From: Squalus acanthias
Taxonomy: Eukaryota
Assembly (NCBI GenBank): GCA_030390025.1
Contig: CM059431.1
Location: 118,050,001-118,114,000 of the forward strand
Length of the DNA: 64,000 nucleotides
Direction of reading: 5' to 3'
Numbering within the stretch: the first letter of the stretch is position 1; each line of letters starts with the position of its first letter. Below the pieces are notes generated by a model, which saw only the letters and a list, made by a program, of their open reading frames with translations, was not told the origin of the DNA and searched no databases. Both the position numbers and the translations under genes were made by a program. Shown one piece after another: positions 48,355-60,400 of the stretch.

Positions 48355-50540
48355 TTCATAGAATCATAGAATGATATAGCACAGAAGGAGGCCATTCAGC
48401 CCAACTTGCTTGTGCCGGCTCTTTGGTAGAGCTATCCAATTAGTCCCACTTCCCTGCTCTTTCCCCATAGCCCTGTACTTTTTTTCCCTTCAAATGTTTA
48501 TCCAATTCCCTTTTGAAAGTTACTATTGAATCTGCTTCCACCCCACTTTCAGGCTGTGCATTCCCGATCTCAAAGATACGTTGCGTAGAAAAGAGTTTCC
48601 TCATGTTGCCTCTGGTTCTTTTGCCAATCACCTTAAGTTTGTATCCTCTGGGTACCGACCATTCTGCCACTGGAAACAGTTTCTCCTTAATTACTCTAGC
48701 AAAACCGTTCATGATTTTGAGCACCTCTATCAAATCTCCTCTTAACCTTCACTGCTCTAAGGAGCACTTTCAAAGTGGATTAATCCCCAGGCCCAGATGA
48801 AATGTATCCCAGACTGTTGAGAGAAGTAAGAGAAGAAATAGCAGAGGCTTTGACCATCATTTTCCAATCCTCTCTGGCTACAGGTGTGGTACCAGAGGAC
48901 TGGAGGACTGCTAACGTGGTACCGTTGTTTAAAAAGGGAGAAAGGGATAGACTGAGTAATTACAGGCCAGTCAACCTAACCTCGGTGGTGGGAAAATTAT
49001 TGGGAAAAATTCTGAGGGACAGGATAAATCTTCATTTAGAAAGACACGGATTAATCAGGGACAGTCAGCATGGATTTGTTAAGCGAAGATCGTGTCTGAC
49101 TAACTTGATTGAATTTTTTGAGGAGGTAACAAGAAGGGTCGATGAGGGTCGTGCATTTGATTTAGTCTATATGGATTTTAGCAAGGCTTTTGATAAGGTC
49201 CCGCATGGCAGACTGGTCATGAAAGCAAAAGCCCATGGGATCCAAAGCAAAGTGACAAGTTGGATCTAAAATTGGCTCAGAGGCAGGAAACAAAGGGTAA
49301 TGGTCGAAGGGTGTTTTTGTGACTGGAAGGTTGTTTCCAGTAGGATTCCACAGGGCTCAGTACTGGGTCCTTTGCTTTTTGTGGTATATATCAATGATTT
49401 GGACTTGAATGTGGGAAGTATGATTAAGAAGTTTGCAGATGATACAAAAATTGGCTGTGTGGTTGATAATGAAGAAGAAAGCTGCAGACTGCAGGAAGAT
49501 ATCAATGGACTGGTCAGGTGGGCAGAACAGTGGCAAATGGAATTCAATCTGGAGAAGTGTAAGGTAATGCATTTGGGGAGGGTGAACAAGGCAAGGAAAT
49601 ACACTATAAATGGTAGGACACGGAGAAGTGCAGAAGATCAGAGGGACCTTGGAGTGCATATCCACAGATCCCTGAAGGTAGCAGGACAGGTAGATAAGGT
49701 GGTTAAGAAGGCATATGGGATACTTGCCTTTATTAGCCGAGGCATAGAATATAAGAGCAGGGAGGTTATGCTTGAACTGTATAAAACACTAGTTAGGCCG
49801 CAGCTAGAATACTGCGTGCAGTTCTGGTCACCACATTACAGGAAGGATGTGATTGCACTAGAGGGGGTGCAGAGATTTACAAGGATGTTGCCTGGGCTGG
49901 GGAATTTTAGCTATGAGGAAAGATTGGATAGGCTGGGGTTGTTTTCTTTGGAATAGAGGAGGCTGAGGGGAGATCTAATTGAGGTGTATACAATTATGAG
50001 AGGCCTAGATAGAGTGGACAGGGAGGACCTATTTCCCTTAGCAGAAGGGTCAATAACCAGGGGGCATAGATTTAAAGTTGGTCAGAAGTTTAGAGGGGTT
50101 TTGAGGAGAATTTGTTTCACCTAGAGGATGGTGGGGGTCTGGAAATCACTGCCTGAAAGGGTGGTAGAGGCAGAGACCCTCATCACATTTAAAAAGTACT
50201 TGGATATGCACTTGAAATGCCATAACCTACAAGGCTACATACCAAGTGCTGGAACGTGGGATCAGGGTGGATAGCTCTTTGTCGGCCGACACGGACAAGA
50301 TGGGCCGAATGGCCTCCTTCTGTGCTGTAAATTTCTATGATACTATAATTCTATGAACAACCCCAGATTCTCCAGTCTCTCCAGATAACTGAAGTCCCTC
50401 ATCTCTGGCACCATTCTAGTAAATCTCTTCTGTACCTTCTCTAAAATCTTGACATCCTTTCTAAAGTGTGACCCTAGAATTGAACACAGTACTCCAGCTG
50501 AGACCTAACCAGTGTTTTATAAAGGTTTAGCATGACTTCT
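48355..50540 (-). mobile_element. CR1 3' fragment (minus), split by an oppositely oriented CR1
   Basis: (ATTCTATG)n tail at ~48357. The sequence breaks at ~48765 (CTCTAAGGAG) and resumes at ~50356 (AACAACCCCAG). Confidence 0.8.
48766..50355 (+). mobile_element. 5'-truncated CR1 LINE nested in a CR1
   Basis: ORFs 48802-49269 and 49300-49956 (NYRPV, MDFSKAFDKV, PQGSVLGP, FADD); tail TTTCTATGATACTATAATTCTATG. Confidence 0.92.
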
Positions 50541-50904
50541 GCAGGTCACTTAAATGTTTCAGTGTTGTAACATCGTTTTGTTATCCAGAATAGTAGAATG
50601 GACAATTGAATAATAGTGCCAGCCCAAACAGATTAAGCGTCATTGAACCAGTTTTGATTACACCAAATACAACAATAGGCTGAATCTGCATGGCCATGCC
50701 TCCAACACAGATGGGTTGTGTGCCCAGTTTGGTATGTGCCCAGTTTGCAACAGCTGATTTGTGGAAAGCAAATAACGTCACTGTAACAATGTGAGCCTCA
50801 TTAAAAAAATAATTAATTACAACTAGGACCATGTCAAGTTTTGTGACTTATGATGAGGCTCCACCAACAGTGGCTGAATGAGAGGCAAGAAACATGCAGA
50901 AGAA

Positions 50905-51971
50905 ACATGCATAAGAATTAGGAGCAGGAATAGACCATACGGGCCCTCGAGCCTGCTCCGCCATTCAATAAGATCATGGTTGATCTTTGACCTCAACTCC
51001 ACTTTCCCGTCCGATCTCCATATCCCTTGATTCCTCTAGAGTCTAAAAATCTATCTATCTCAACCTTGAATATACTCAATGATTCAGCATCCACTGCATT
51101 TTGGGGTGGAGAATTCCAAAGACTCACAACCTTCGGAGTGAAGAAATTCCTCCTCATCTCAGTCTTAAATCTGCCGACCCCATATCCTGAGATGATGCCC
51201 CCTAGTTCGAGACTCTCCAGCCAGGGGAAACAACCTCTCAGCATCTACCCTGTCAATACATAGAAACATAGAAACATAGAAACATAGAAACTAGGAGCAG
51301 GAGTAGGCCATTCGGCCCGTCGAGCCTGCTCCACCATTCAATACGATCATGGCTGATCATCCAAATCCAGTACCCTGTCCCTGCTTTCCCACACAGAATC
51401 CCCATCGAGCCTGCACCGACACATATCCCACCCTATCCCCGTAACCCCACGTATTTAATTCCCCCTAACATATCCCATCCTATCCCCGTAACCCCACATA
51501 TTTAATCCCCCCCTAACACTAAGGGTCAATTTATCATAGCCAAATCAACCTAACCCACACATTTTTGGACTGTGGGAGGAAACCGGAGCACCCGGAGGAA
51601 ACCCACGCAGACACGGGGAGAATGTGCAAACTCCACACAGACAGTCACCCGAGGTCAGATTCGAACCCCTCAGGATCTTATATGTTTCAATGAGATCAAC
51701 TCTCATTCTTCTAAGCTCCAGAGAGTATAGACCCAGTCTACACAATCTCTCCTTAAAGGACAACCCTCTCATCCCAGGAATGAATCTAGTGTACCTGCGT
51801 TGCACTGCCTCTAAGGCAAGTATATCCTTCCTCAGATAAGGAGACCAAAACTGTACACAGTATGCCAGGTATGGTCTCACCAAAGCCCTGTACAATTGTA
51901 GCAAGACTTCCTTACTCTTGTATTCCAGCCCCCTTGCAATAAAGTCCAACATGCCATTTGCCTTCCTAATA
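50905..51971 (-). mobile_element. CR1 3' fragment interrupted by a V-SINE
   Basis: 'FKTEMRRNFFT..VVSLWNS' and 'RGLEYKSKEVLLQLY'. Confidence 0.85.
51257..51668 (-). mobile_element. V-domain SINE (HE1-like) with a CR1-derived 3' tail
   Basis: Reverse complement: GGGTTCGAATC (B box)...GTGTGGAGTTTGCACATTCTCCCCGTGTCTGCGTGGGTTTCCTCCGGGTGCTCCGGTTTCCTCCCACAGTCCAAA (V-domain), ending in a CR1-like 3' UTR and (TTTCTATG)n. Confidence 0.85.
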
Positions 51972-53849
51972 GCAGCATGCTATAGGCAGGGCTAAGCGAT
52001 CCCACAATCAATGGATCAGATCAAAGCTCTGCAGTCCTGCCACATTCAGTCATGAATGGTGGTGGACCATTAAACAACTAACGGGAGGAGGAGGCTCCAT
52101 GAAAATCCCCGTCCTCAATGCTGGTGGAGCCCAGCACGTGAGTGCAAAAGTCAAGGCTGAAGCGTTTGCAACCATCTTCAGCCAGAAGTGCCAAGTGGAT
52201 GATCCATATCGGCCTACTCCTGAGGTCCTTACCATCACAGAAGCCAGTCTTCAGCCAATTTGATTCAATCCATGTGATATCAAGAAACAGCTGAGCACAC
52301 TGGATACCGCAAAGGCTATGGGCCCCGACAACATCCCGGCTATCATGTTGAAGACTTGTGTCCAGAACTAGCCATGCCTCTAGCCAAGCTGTTGCAATAC
52401 AGCTACATCACTGGCATCTATCCAACAATGTGGAAAACTGCCCAGGTATGTCCTGTCTAAAAAAAGCAGGGCAAATCCAATCCGGCCAATTACCGCCCCA
52501 TCAGTCTACTCTCAATCATCAGCAAAGTGATGGAAGGTGTCATCAACAGTGCTATCAAGCAGCACTTACTCACCAATAACCTGCTCACTGATGCCCAGTT
52601 TGGGTTCCGCCAAGAGCACTCGGCTCCCGAGCTTATTACAGCCTTGGTCCAAACATGGACAAAGGAGCTGAATTCCAGAGGTGAGAGTGACTACCCTTGA
52701 CATCAAGGCAGCATTTGACCGAGTGTGGCATCAAGGAGCCCTAGTAAAACTGAAGTCAATGGGAATCGGGGGAAAACTCTCCACTGGCTGAAGTTATACC
52801 TAGCACAAAGGAAGATGGTTGTGGTGTTTGCAGGTCAATCATCACAGCCCCAGGAGATCGCTGCAGGAGTTCCTCAGGGCAGTGTCCTAGGCCATCTTCA
52901 GCTGCTTCATCAATGAACTTCCCTTCAACATAAGGTCAGAAATGGGGATGTTCACTGATAACTGCACCATGTTCAGTGCCATTCACAACTCCTCAGATAA
53001 TGAAGCCCTCCATGCCTGCATGCAACAAGAACTGGACGGTGTTCAGGCTTGGGCTGATAAGTGGCAGGTAACATTCGCGCCACAGAAGTGCTAGGCAATG
53101 ACTATCTCCAACAAGCGAGAGTCTAACCACTGCCCCTTTTCATTCAACGGCATTACCATCGCCGAATCCCCCGACATCAATATCCTGGGGGTCACCATTG
53201 ACTAGAAACTTAACTGGAGTAGCCACATAAATACTGTGGCAACAAGAGCAGGTCAGAGGCTAGGTATTCTGTGGCGAGTGTCTCACCTCCTGAGTCCCCA
53301 AAGCCTTTCCACCATCTACAAGGCACAAGTAAGGAGTGTGATGGTCCACTTGCCTGGATGAGTGCAGCTCCAACAACACTCAAGAAGCTTGACACCATCC
53401 AGGACAAAGCAGCCCGCATGATTGGCAACCCATCCACCACCTTAAACATTCACTCCCTCCAACACTGGCGTACCGTGGCTGCAGTGTGTACCATCTACAA
53501 GATGCACTGCAGCAATTCGCCAAGGCTTCTCCGACAGCACCTCCCAAACTCCCGACTTCTTCCACCTAGTTTGACAAGGGCAGCAGGCGCATGGGAACAC
53601 CACCACCTCCAAGTTCCCCTCCAAGTCACACACCATCCTGACTTAGAAGTATATCGCCGATCCTTCATCGTCGCTGGCTCAAAATCCTGAAACTCTCTAC
53701 CTAACAGCACTGTGGAAGTACCTTCACCACACGGACTGCAGTGGTTCAAGAAGGCAGCTCACCACCACCTTCTCAAGGGCAATTAGGGATGGGCAATAAA
53801 TGCTGACCTTGCCAGCGATGCCCATAGCCCATAAACAAATTTTTAAAAA
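51972..53849 (+). mobile_element. 5'-truncated second copy of the 30765-33941 LINE family
   Basis: Collinear with 32080-33930, including the 3' end GGGCAATTAGGGATGGGCAATAAATGCTG. Confidence 0.9.
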
Positions 53850-54570
53850 TTGCTTGCTGTACCTGCATGCTTTACTGACTGAGCCGAATGGCTTGTTTCT
53901 ATGTTGTATATTCTATGCAATTCTATGTAAATCTAACCTCTGCATCCTTGGCTACTGACCACACTGGGAATCCCATTAACAGCAGAAGAAAGCCTTTTGT
54001 TAAAACCTGACCATCCGTTTGCTGTTCCACATCTGCCACTTCCACTCTCAAGAAAATTGTGCTGTGCAACTTTGGCACAAGGAAGGTATTTGTGCAAAAG
54101 AGCAATGGTTGTGTACAGTGTTTGAAATGGCATTCCCAGAAGGTGCAGGAGTTCACAACTGGTGTGTGCTATGCTTGCTGAGTTTCGCAAGAAATGAGTG
54201 TCAAAGTAAGGAGCACACTTATCTTCACCTTGGTTCTGATACCAGCTGACCTATTCCTCATTTTCTGCCAGGTACAAGGAGCCGAGGTGACTGAAAAGGC
54301 TTCGTCAGAAACCTCTCTCCACGTATTTATGCTTTTACTGGAGGGTGCATCACCTCCAGCAACACCTCCAAATCTTCAGTATCAAACTGAATAAGTTTGC
54401 GCACATCTCCACTATGCTATTGTGAACAATTGATCTGTGTCTCTGCCACCTCCACAACTTCCCCTTTATGACAGGTGTCACATTTTTGGGTCTTTCCAAA
54501 CTTTTTTTTATCCTAGACTATCTCGTGACTCACTTTTCAGATCATTCCCTTGAGTGAGTGCCAGCTAAGC

Positions 54571-54668
54571 CAGTTCTGACGAAAGTTCGTCGACCTGGGT
54601 CGTGAACTCTGTTTCCTCTCCACAGATGCTGCCTGACCTGCTGATTAGTTCCCGCATTTTCTGTTTTT
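54571..54668 (+). mobile_element. Degenerate solo PLE hammerhead/tail fragment
   Basis: CAGTTCTGACGAAAGTTCGTCGACCTGGGTCGTGAACTCTG...CACAGATGCTGCCTGACCTGCTG; the GAAA core is mutated. Confidence 0.7.
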
Positions 54669-54669
54669 A

Positions 54670-55097
54670 AGTCAGAAGTTTGTGGGTTCAAGTTCCACTC
54701 CAGAGACTTGAGCATTTAATCTAGCTTGACACTTCAGTGCAGTACTGAGGGAGTGCTGAACTGTAGGAAGTGCCGTCTTTCTGATGAGACGTTAAACCAA
54801 GTTCCGGTCTGCCCTCTCAGGTGGATGTAAAAGATCCCATGGCGCTATTTTAAAGAAGAGCAGGGGAGTTCGCTCAAGTGTCTTGGCCATTATTTATCCT
54901 TCAATCAACATCATTAGAAAGACAGGTTGTCACTTTTACATTGCTGTTTGTGGGAGCTTGCTGTGCACAACATGGCTGCTGTGTTTCCCACATTACAACG
55001 GTGACTACACTTCAAAACTACTTCATTGGCTGTAAAGTGCTTTGGGACGTCCTGAGGTCGTGAAAGGCGCTATATAAATGCAAGTCTTTCTTTTTTC
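54670..55097 (+). mobile_element. Deu-domain SINE
   Basis: B box GGGTTCAAGTTCC, Deu-type core, and tail AAGGCGCTATATAAATGCAAGTCTTTC. Confidence 0.88.
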
Positions 55098-56000
55098 TTT
55101 AAACTATCAGACCTTTAATTGTGTTGATCTTTCCTTGGAGCTCCGGGGCCTAGAAATTCGAGGTCTTACCGCTGGCCGTTAAGGCCCATTTCGGGGAAAA
55201 AAATTGCAGACCCACACTTCTGCCCGTTGTGCCGTGTTTCGTGGCAGCTGCAATTTTCGGCACGTTGGCAGCGCTGCCGTTGCCTGTGCTCGCCGAAAGT
55301 ATTGTAATTAGTCACAGCATGATGCCAATTGGCCTGCAACGCCAAGTTGACACCCGCTCATCCATTTTGGATATCGCTACTCCTCTTGCCGCCCTCTCCA
55401 AAGCACCCCCGTGCGTGCAGCCACTAAAAGCGCTTCGGCAGTGTAAACAGCCATAAGGACCCTTCAACTGACAAATGTAAGAGAGCCAGGACTATTATTT
55501 CCATATAGCAGCGTTTATATTAATCACAAGCCTAGGTCCTGAGAGCTAACCCTTGAGATTTGTAGGTAAAGATTAATTTTTTTTTCGGTGATTTGCTTAT
55601 TTGAAATAGTCCTGCCTGAGTTAGCAATACTGAATGTAACAAATGGGAAGATGCAGAATATTGCAAGTGTTTACTTCTGAGTGACTAGAAGAGTAAGCCT
55701 GAGGTTTGGATTAGGAATCACCTACAGATGTTCAGTGTTTTGATCACTGAAATCTGAAGTGTGAATTCAAATTCTTTAAGTTATCAGATATGAGTACTCT
55801 GTCCTCAGCATGGAATAGTAAAAAGGTCTCAGTTGTCGGACCCTCCTAAGCCAGTGACTAAAGTTACCTCAGCATATCAATGAAATTATCACTACAGTAT
55901 AATGGTTTCAAAAACTGCAAAGTGCTGGATTTGATTGTTTCTGTCCTATAGATTTTTCTTCCTGCTTGATGAAAACTTAAATAATCATTTAAAATAAAGA

Positions 56001-57335
56001 CAATAGCAACATACTGCGGATGCTGGAAATCTGAAATAACAACAGAAAATGCTGGAAATACTCAGCAGGCCAGGCAGCATCCGTGGAGAGAGAAACAGAG
56101 TTAACGTTTCAGGTCTGGGACCCTTCATCAGAACTGGAAAAAGCTGGAGATGTAACAGATATTAAGCAGGTGCAGAGACAGGGGGGTTTTAGGAGGGGAG
56201 GAAGGAGTTGAAAGAACATACTGTGCTTATGTAAGAGGCAGGAAAGATAAAATGTTGCAAATGGGAATGGCAAAATCATACAGCATGAAAAATGGGGGCA
56301 GGGATTATTGTCTGAAATTGTTGAACTCGATATTAAGTCCGGAAGGCTGTAAAGTGCCTAATCGAAAGATGAGGTGCTGTTTCTCGAGCTTACGTTGAGC
56401 TTCATTGGAACAATGTAATAGGCCGAGGACAGAGAGATCAGAGTGGGAGTGAAGCGGTGAATTAAAGTGACAGGCGACCGGAAGCTCAGGGTCACCTGCG
56501 TTTGGTCTCCCCAATGTAGAGGAGACCGCATCGTGAGCAGCGAATACAGTATATTAAATTGCAAGAAGTACAAGTAAATCGCTGTTTCACCTGGAAGGGG
56601 TGTTTGGGGCCCTGGACAGTGGGAAGGGAAGAGGTAAAAGGGCATGTGTGGCATCTCCTGCGCTTGCACGGGAAGGTGCCGGGCGAAGGAGAAGGGCTGT
56701 TGAAGATGTGTTTGGTGGTGGGATCACGTTGGAGGTGGCGGAAATGGCGGCGGATTATCTGTTGAATGTGGAGGCTGGTGGGATGAAAGGTGAGGACAAG
56801 GGGAACCCTATCGTGGTTCCGGGAGGGAGGGGCAGGGGTGAGGGCAGAAGTGCGGGAGATAGAACGGACACGGTCAAGGGCCGCGTCAACCACAGTAGAG
56901 GGGAATCCTCGGTTGAGGAAAAAGGAAGAACAGACGCGGCGGAGACGGAGAAACTGGAAGAATGGAATAGAGTCCTTACAGGAAGCGGGGTGGGAGGAAG
57001 TGTAGTCCAGGTAGCTGTGGGAGTCAGTGGGCTTGTAGTGGATGTTTGTCGAAAGCCGATCGCCAGAAATGGAGACGGAAAAGTCAAGGAAGGGAAGGGA
57101 AGAGTCGGAGATGGACCATGTGAAGGTGAGGGAAGGGTGGAAATTGGAAGTAAAGTGAATGAACTTATCTAGTTCAGGTCGAGAGCAGGAAACGGCACCG
57201 ATACAGTCATCGATGTACCGGAAAAAGAGGTGAGGGAGGGGACCTGAGTAGTACTGGAACAAAGAATGTTCCACATATCCCATGAACAGGCAGGCATAGC
57301 TAGGGCCCATGCGGCTTCCCATAGCAACACCTAAT
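56001..57335 (-). mobile_element. 5'-truncated Penelope-like element with hammerhead tail
   Basis: ORF 56492-57322 (RYIDD...YIGET). Hammerhead at 56099-56135. 14-bp TSD ATTTAAAATAAAGA (55987-56000, 57336-57349). Confidence 0.95.
56099..56135 (-). ncRNA. Hammerhead ribozyme motif
   Basis: Reverse complement: AGTT-CTGATGA-A-GGGTC(CCA)GACCT-GAAACGTT-AACT. Confidence 0.82.
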
Positions 57336-59454
57336 ATTTAAAATAAAGAGCTTGACTTAGTCTCTATTCCTTTAGAATAAGATGTGTGGGTAAAGTGATA
57401 GGGGAGAGTCCTTGAAAGCATTATATGGGCCATCTTGGCTCAATGTCAAAAAAATTAACTGTGGTCCCTTTCATAACACTAAATGCTGCGTGCCTTCTTC
57501 AGCGCTATGAGAGGTACAGACTTCCGATAATTAATTTGCCCTGTTGTACACCCACACCCTCGCCGCTTCTCCTCCGATCCTTTAAAAGCCGAAGTACGAT
57601 CAAAGGACAGACTCCCCACAAATGCATGAACAATTTGCCTGTAACATTGGTGAGCGGGTGGCAGATAAATTGTTGTAACAAATATGGCAGCTGTTCTGTA
57701 CATGGCCTACAGGTTTACTCGTTTCTTCCCCGTTCGCCTTAACTGCAAGCGGGACACAGACGCAACCTTCGGCCTCCTGCTGTGCTTAAGCGCCGGAAAG
57801 AGCGCGTTACATCACAAATTCTCCGCACCGCTGATGTTAATTAGCAGGCAGCACCAAAATTCTCTCTACGGGTGGCCATTAGCCTTGGCCGGCGCTGTTA
57901 CCAGCAGGTTTCCGGTGTACTGCAATTTTTAGGCCTAGGAATAGTTTCAGTAACCAGTAGCAAGCCCTGTTTGGTAATTGCTATTAGGTATTGGACTATT
58001 TTATGGTGCCATAAAATTTTCATATACTCTTCAAAGGTGAATGTAAACACACAATAGATTTTGCTTAAAGTATGAAATATGAAGCAAAGTTATTAATCAA
58101 AAAGAACTAGTCAATAATTTAATAGTGATATAATACATTATTTACAGTAGGAGCTCCATCTAAACTCTTGGAATGGTGAAATAACAAATAGATAGCAACT
58201 CTAAGAACTCATCTAATCTATTGCACTTGGCATATGATCTTTACAGAATTCCTTAGTCTACCCAAACCTGAGAGGATTCTCTAACTTGTCTTTTCTTGTG
58301 AAGGTGCTTCATTTCACCTCTCCAGATAGAACCAGTCCAACTGCCCAAGTTCAGGGGAAATTTGTTTAATTAATAGCTGGAAGTGAGTAGTTTGGACACT
58401 TCCCGTGATTAGAATAGCAGGGCTCTCAAGTTTGAAAAAGAACTATCAGTAAAATAAAAAATAAACAACCTGAAGTTTGCATATATTTGAAAACTGAGAG
58501 TCACAGATTCCTTCTAGAATTTATTGCCAGGGACAGCACCCTCTGTAACATTGCATCACATAGCCTTAGCTGGTCACTAGAACATCTTTGCACAAGGACT
58601 GAGTTTTAAAATGACAGTAACCAAAACAAATGCTAACAAAAATAGTTCTGTTTTATCGCAGCAAATTGCAACCCATTTAAGAACTGCTACCTGGCTGGAT
58701 TTTGCACTCCCCAGCCAAGTGTGGGCTGGACAAGTTAAGCCTAAGCCAGTAGCCTATTCAAATTAAGGGAGAGGACTCGTGAGTTACTGGTGTAGGTGGG
58801 CTAGCTCAATCCAATTATTTGTTTCCAATTCACAGAACAAGTTGAAATACTATTTATTAGGTATGGGATCATTCATTTCTAGGGAACATTTGCTTGGATT
58901 CCAATCAATTCCATGTATATTCTACAGTATGTGCATGAAGAGCTGAATAACAACTTATGTATAAATGCCTTCTTTTTCAGAAAAACAAATAAATATATTA
59001 TATATAAAGAGCAATCAACATTTATGCATTCATACATTGATAAATATAAATACACATGGAACATTAACCCACCCGCCATCCTCCCCGATGTGTATGATTA
59101 TCTCTAAAGGAATTTATCATTAAGAGGCTTACTATAACTTCAAGTACAAAACAATGTATCTGGTATTAATGAAAATATTCTGTGTATTTTTCTCATTTTA
59201 AAATCATCTTAATCACCTCTCTACATTATGTACCATTCCCAATAGATAAAGTGGGGTGGAAAACATCTGTTGTCACTTTCATGAGGTTTTTATATAGATT
59301 TTTAAAACATTTACTTTTGTTTTGAATTACAATGTTTCTCTAAGTAATCTTCATTCAGCAAGCACGAAGTGGGCTGTTCTTAAACTGCCAAAAGCAAGGC
59401 TGTTTATACTTATCTCATGGCTGAACTATTCTGAGGTAGGTTAAAGAAAGAAAT

Positions 59455-59745
59455 AGGAAAGAACTTGTAGTAATACAGCGCCTTTCACAACCTCAGGATG
59501 TCCTAAAATGCTTTCCAACCAGTGAAGTACTTTTGAAGTGTAGTCACTGTTGCAACGTAGGAAACGCAGCAGCCAATTTGCGCACAGCAAGCTCCCACAA
59601 ACAGCAACGTGATGACAAGATCATCTGTTTCACTGATTTTGGTTGAAGGATAAATATTAGCCAGGATGCTGGGAAGAACTCCCCTTCTTTGAAATAGTGC
59701 CATAGATTATTTTATGTCCACCTGAGAGGGAAGATGGGACCTCGA
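59455..59745 (-). mobile_element. Deu-domain SINE fragment
   Basis: Homologous to 40262-40560. Confidence 0.8.
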
Positions 59746-60059
59746 CGAAGCAGAAAGGTAGTGGAACACTCTGTCTACTAGCCTAATTGAAAACTAACAG
59801 ATTTGTCACAATTTTATTGGTTCATAAATCATTACAAGGCTTATTTTCTGGCATAAAATCACTTTGGGCAATTAATGAGCAACAATCTCATTAATTTACG
59901 ACTAAACTACTGAAACAGCACTTTTGAGTCAACTGTATATTTGTTTACCAGTCGTGATAAATTAAGCTTAAATATCCAATGGTAAGTTAGTTGAAAATAT
60001 AAAGCACTTGAACTTTGTAAATGAGCTTGGCATATGGCACTGTGGGGAAAATAACATAA

Positions 60060-60400
60060 AAACTTGTAATAGCATCCCAATGCATTTCACAGCAAATTAT
60101 TTACTTTCTGCAGTATAGCCACTGGTGTAGGTAAATGTGGCAGCCAATTTATGCACAGCAAGATCCCACAAACAGCAAGGAGATGAACGACCAATTAATC
60201 TGTTTGGTGGTATTGGTTGATGGTAAAAACTGACCATAGCCTTGGGAGAACTCCTCCTCTTCTTCGAAAAGGATGCATAGGATCTTTTACATACACCACA
60301 GGCAGATAAGATCTGTTTAGTGTCCCATCCAAAAGACCGCTGACAATGCAGCACTCCCTCAGTATTGCACTGAAGTCTCTGTCTGGACTATGTGCTCAAG
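60060..60400 (-). mobile_element. Degenerate Deu-domain SINE
   Basis: GCAGCCAATTTATGCACAGCAAGATCCCACAAACAGC and CAATGCAGCACTCCCTCAGTATTGCACTG match the family. Confidence 0.7.

Noticed and set aside
54571..54610. Functional hammerhead
   Set aside because: The GAAA core is mutated to GGGT and stem II is mismatched; recorded only as a fossil.
55145..57936. Large Harbinger-type element bounded by GGGGCCTAGAAATT and AATTTTTAGGCCT enclosing the PLE
   Set aside because: Termini match only loosely and no TSD could be established; may be two unrelated MITE ends.
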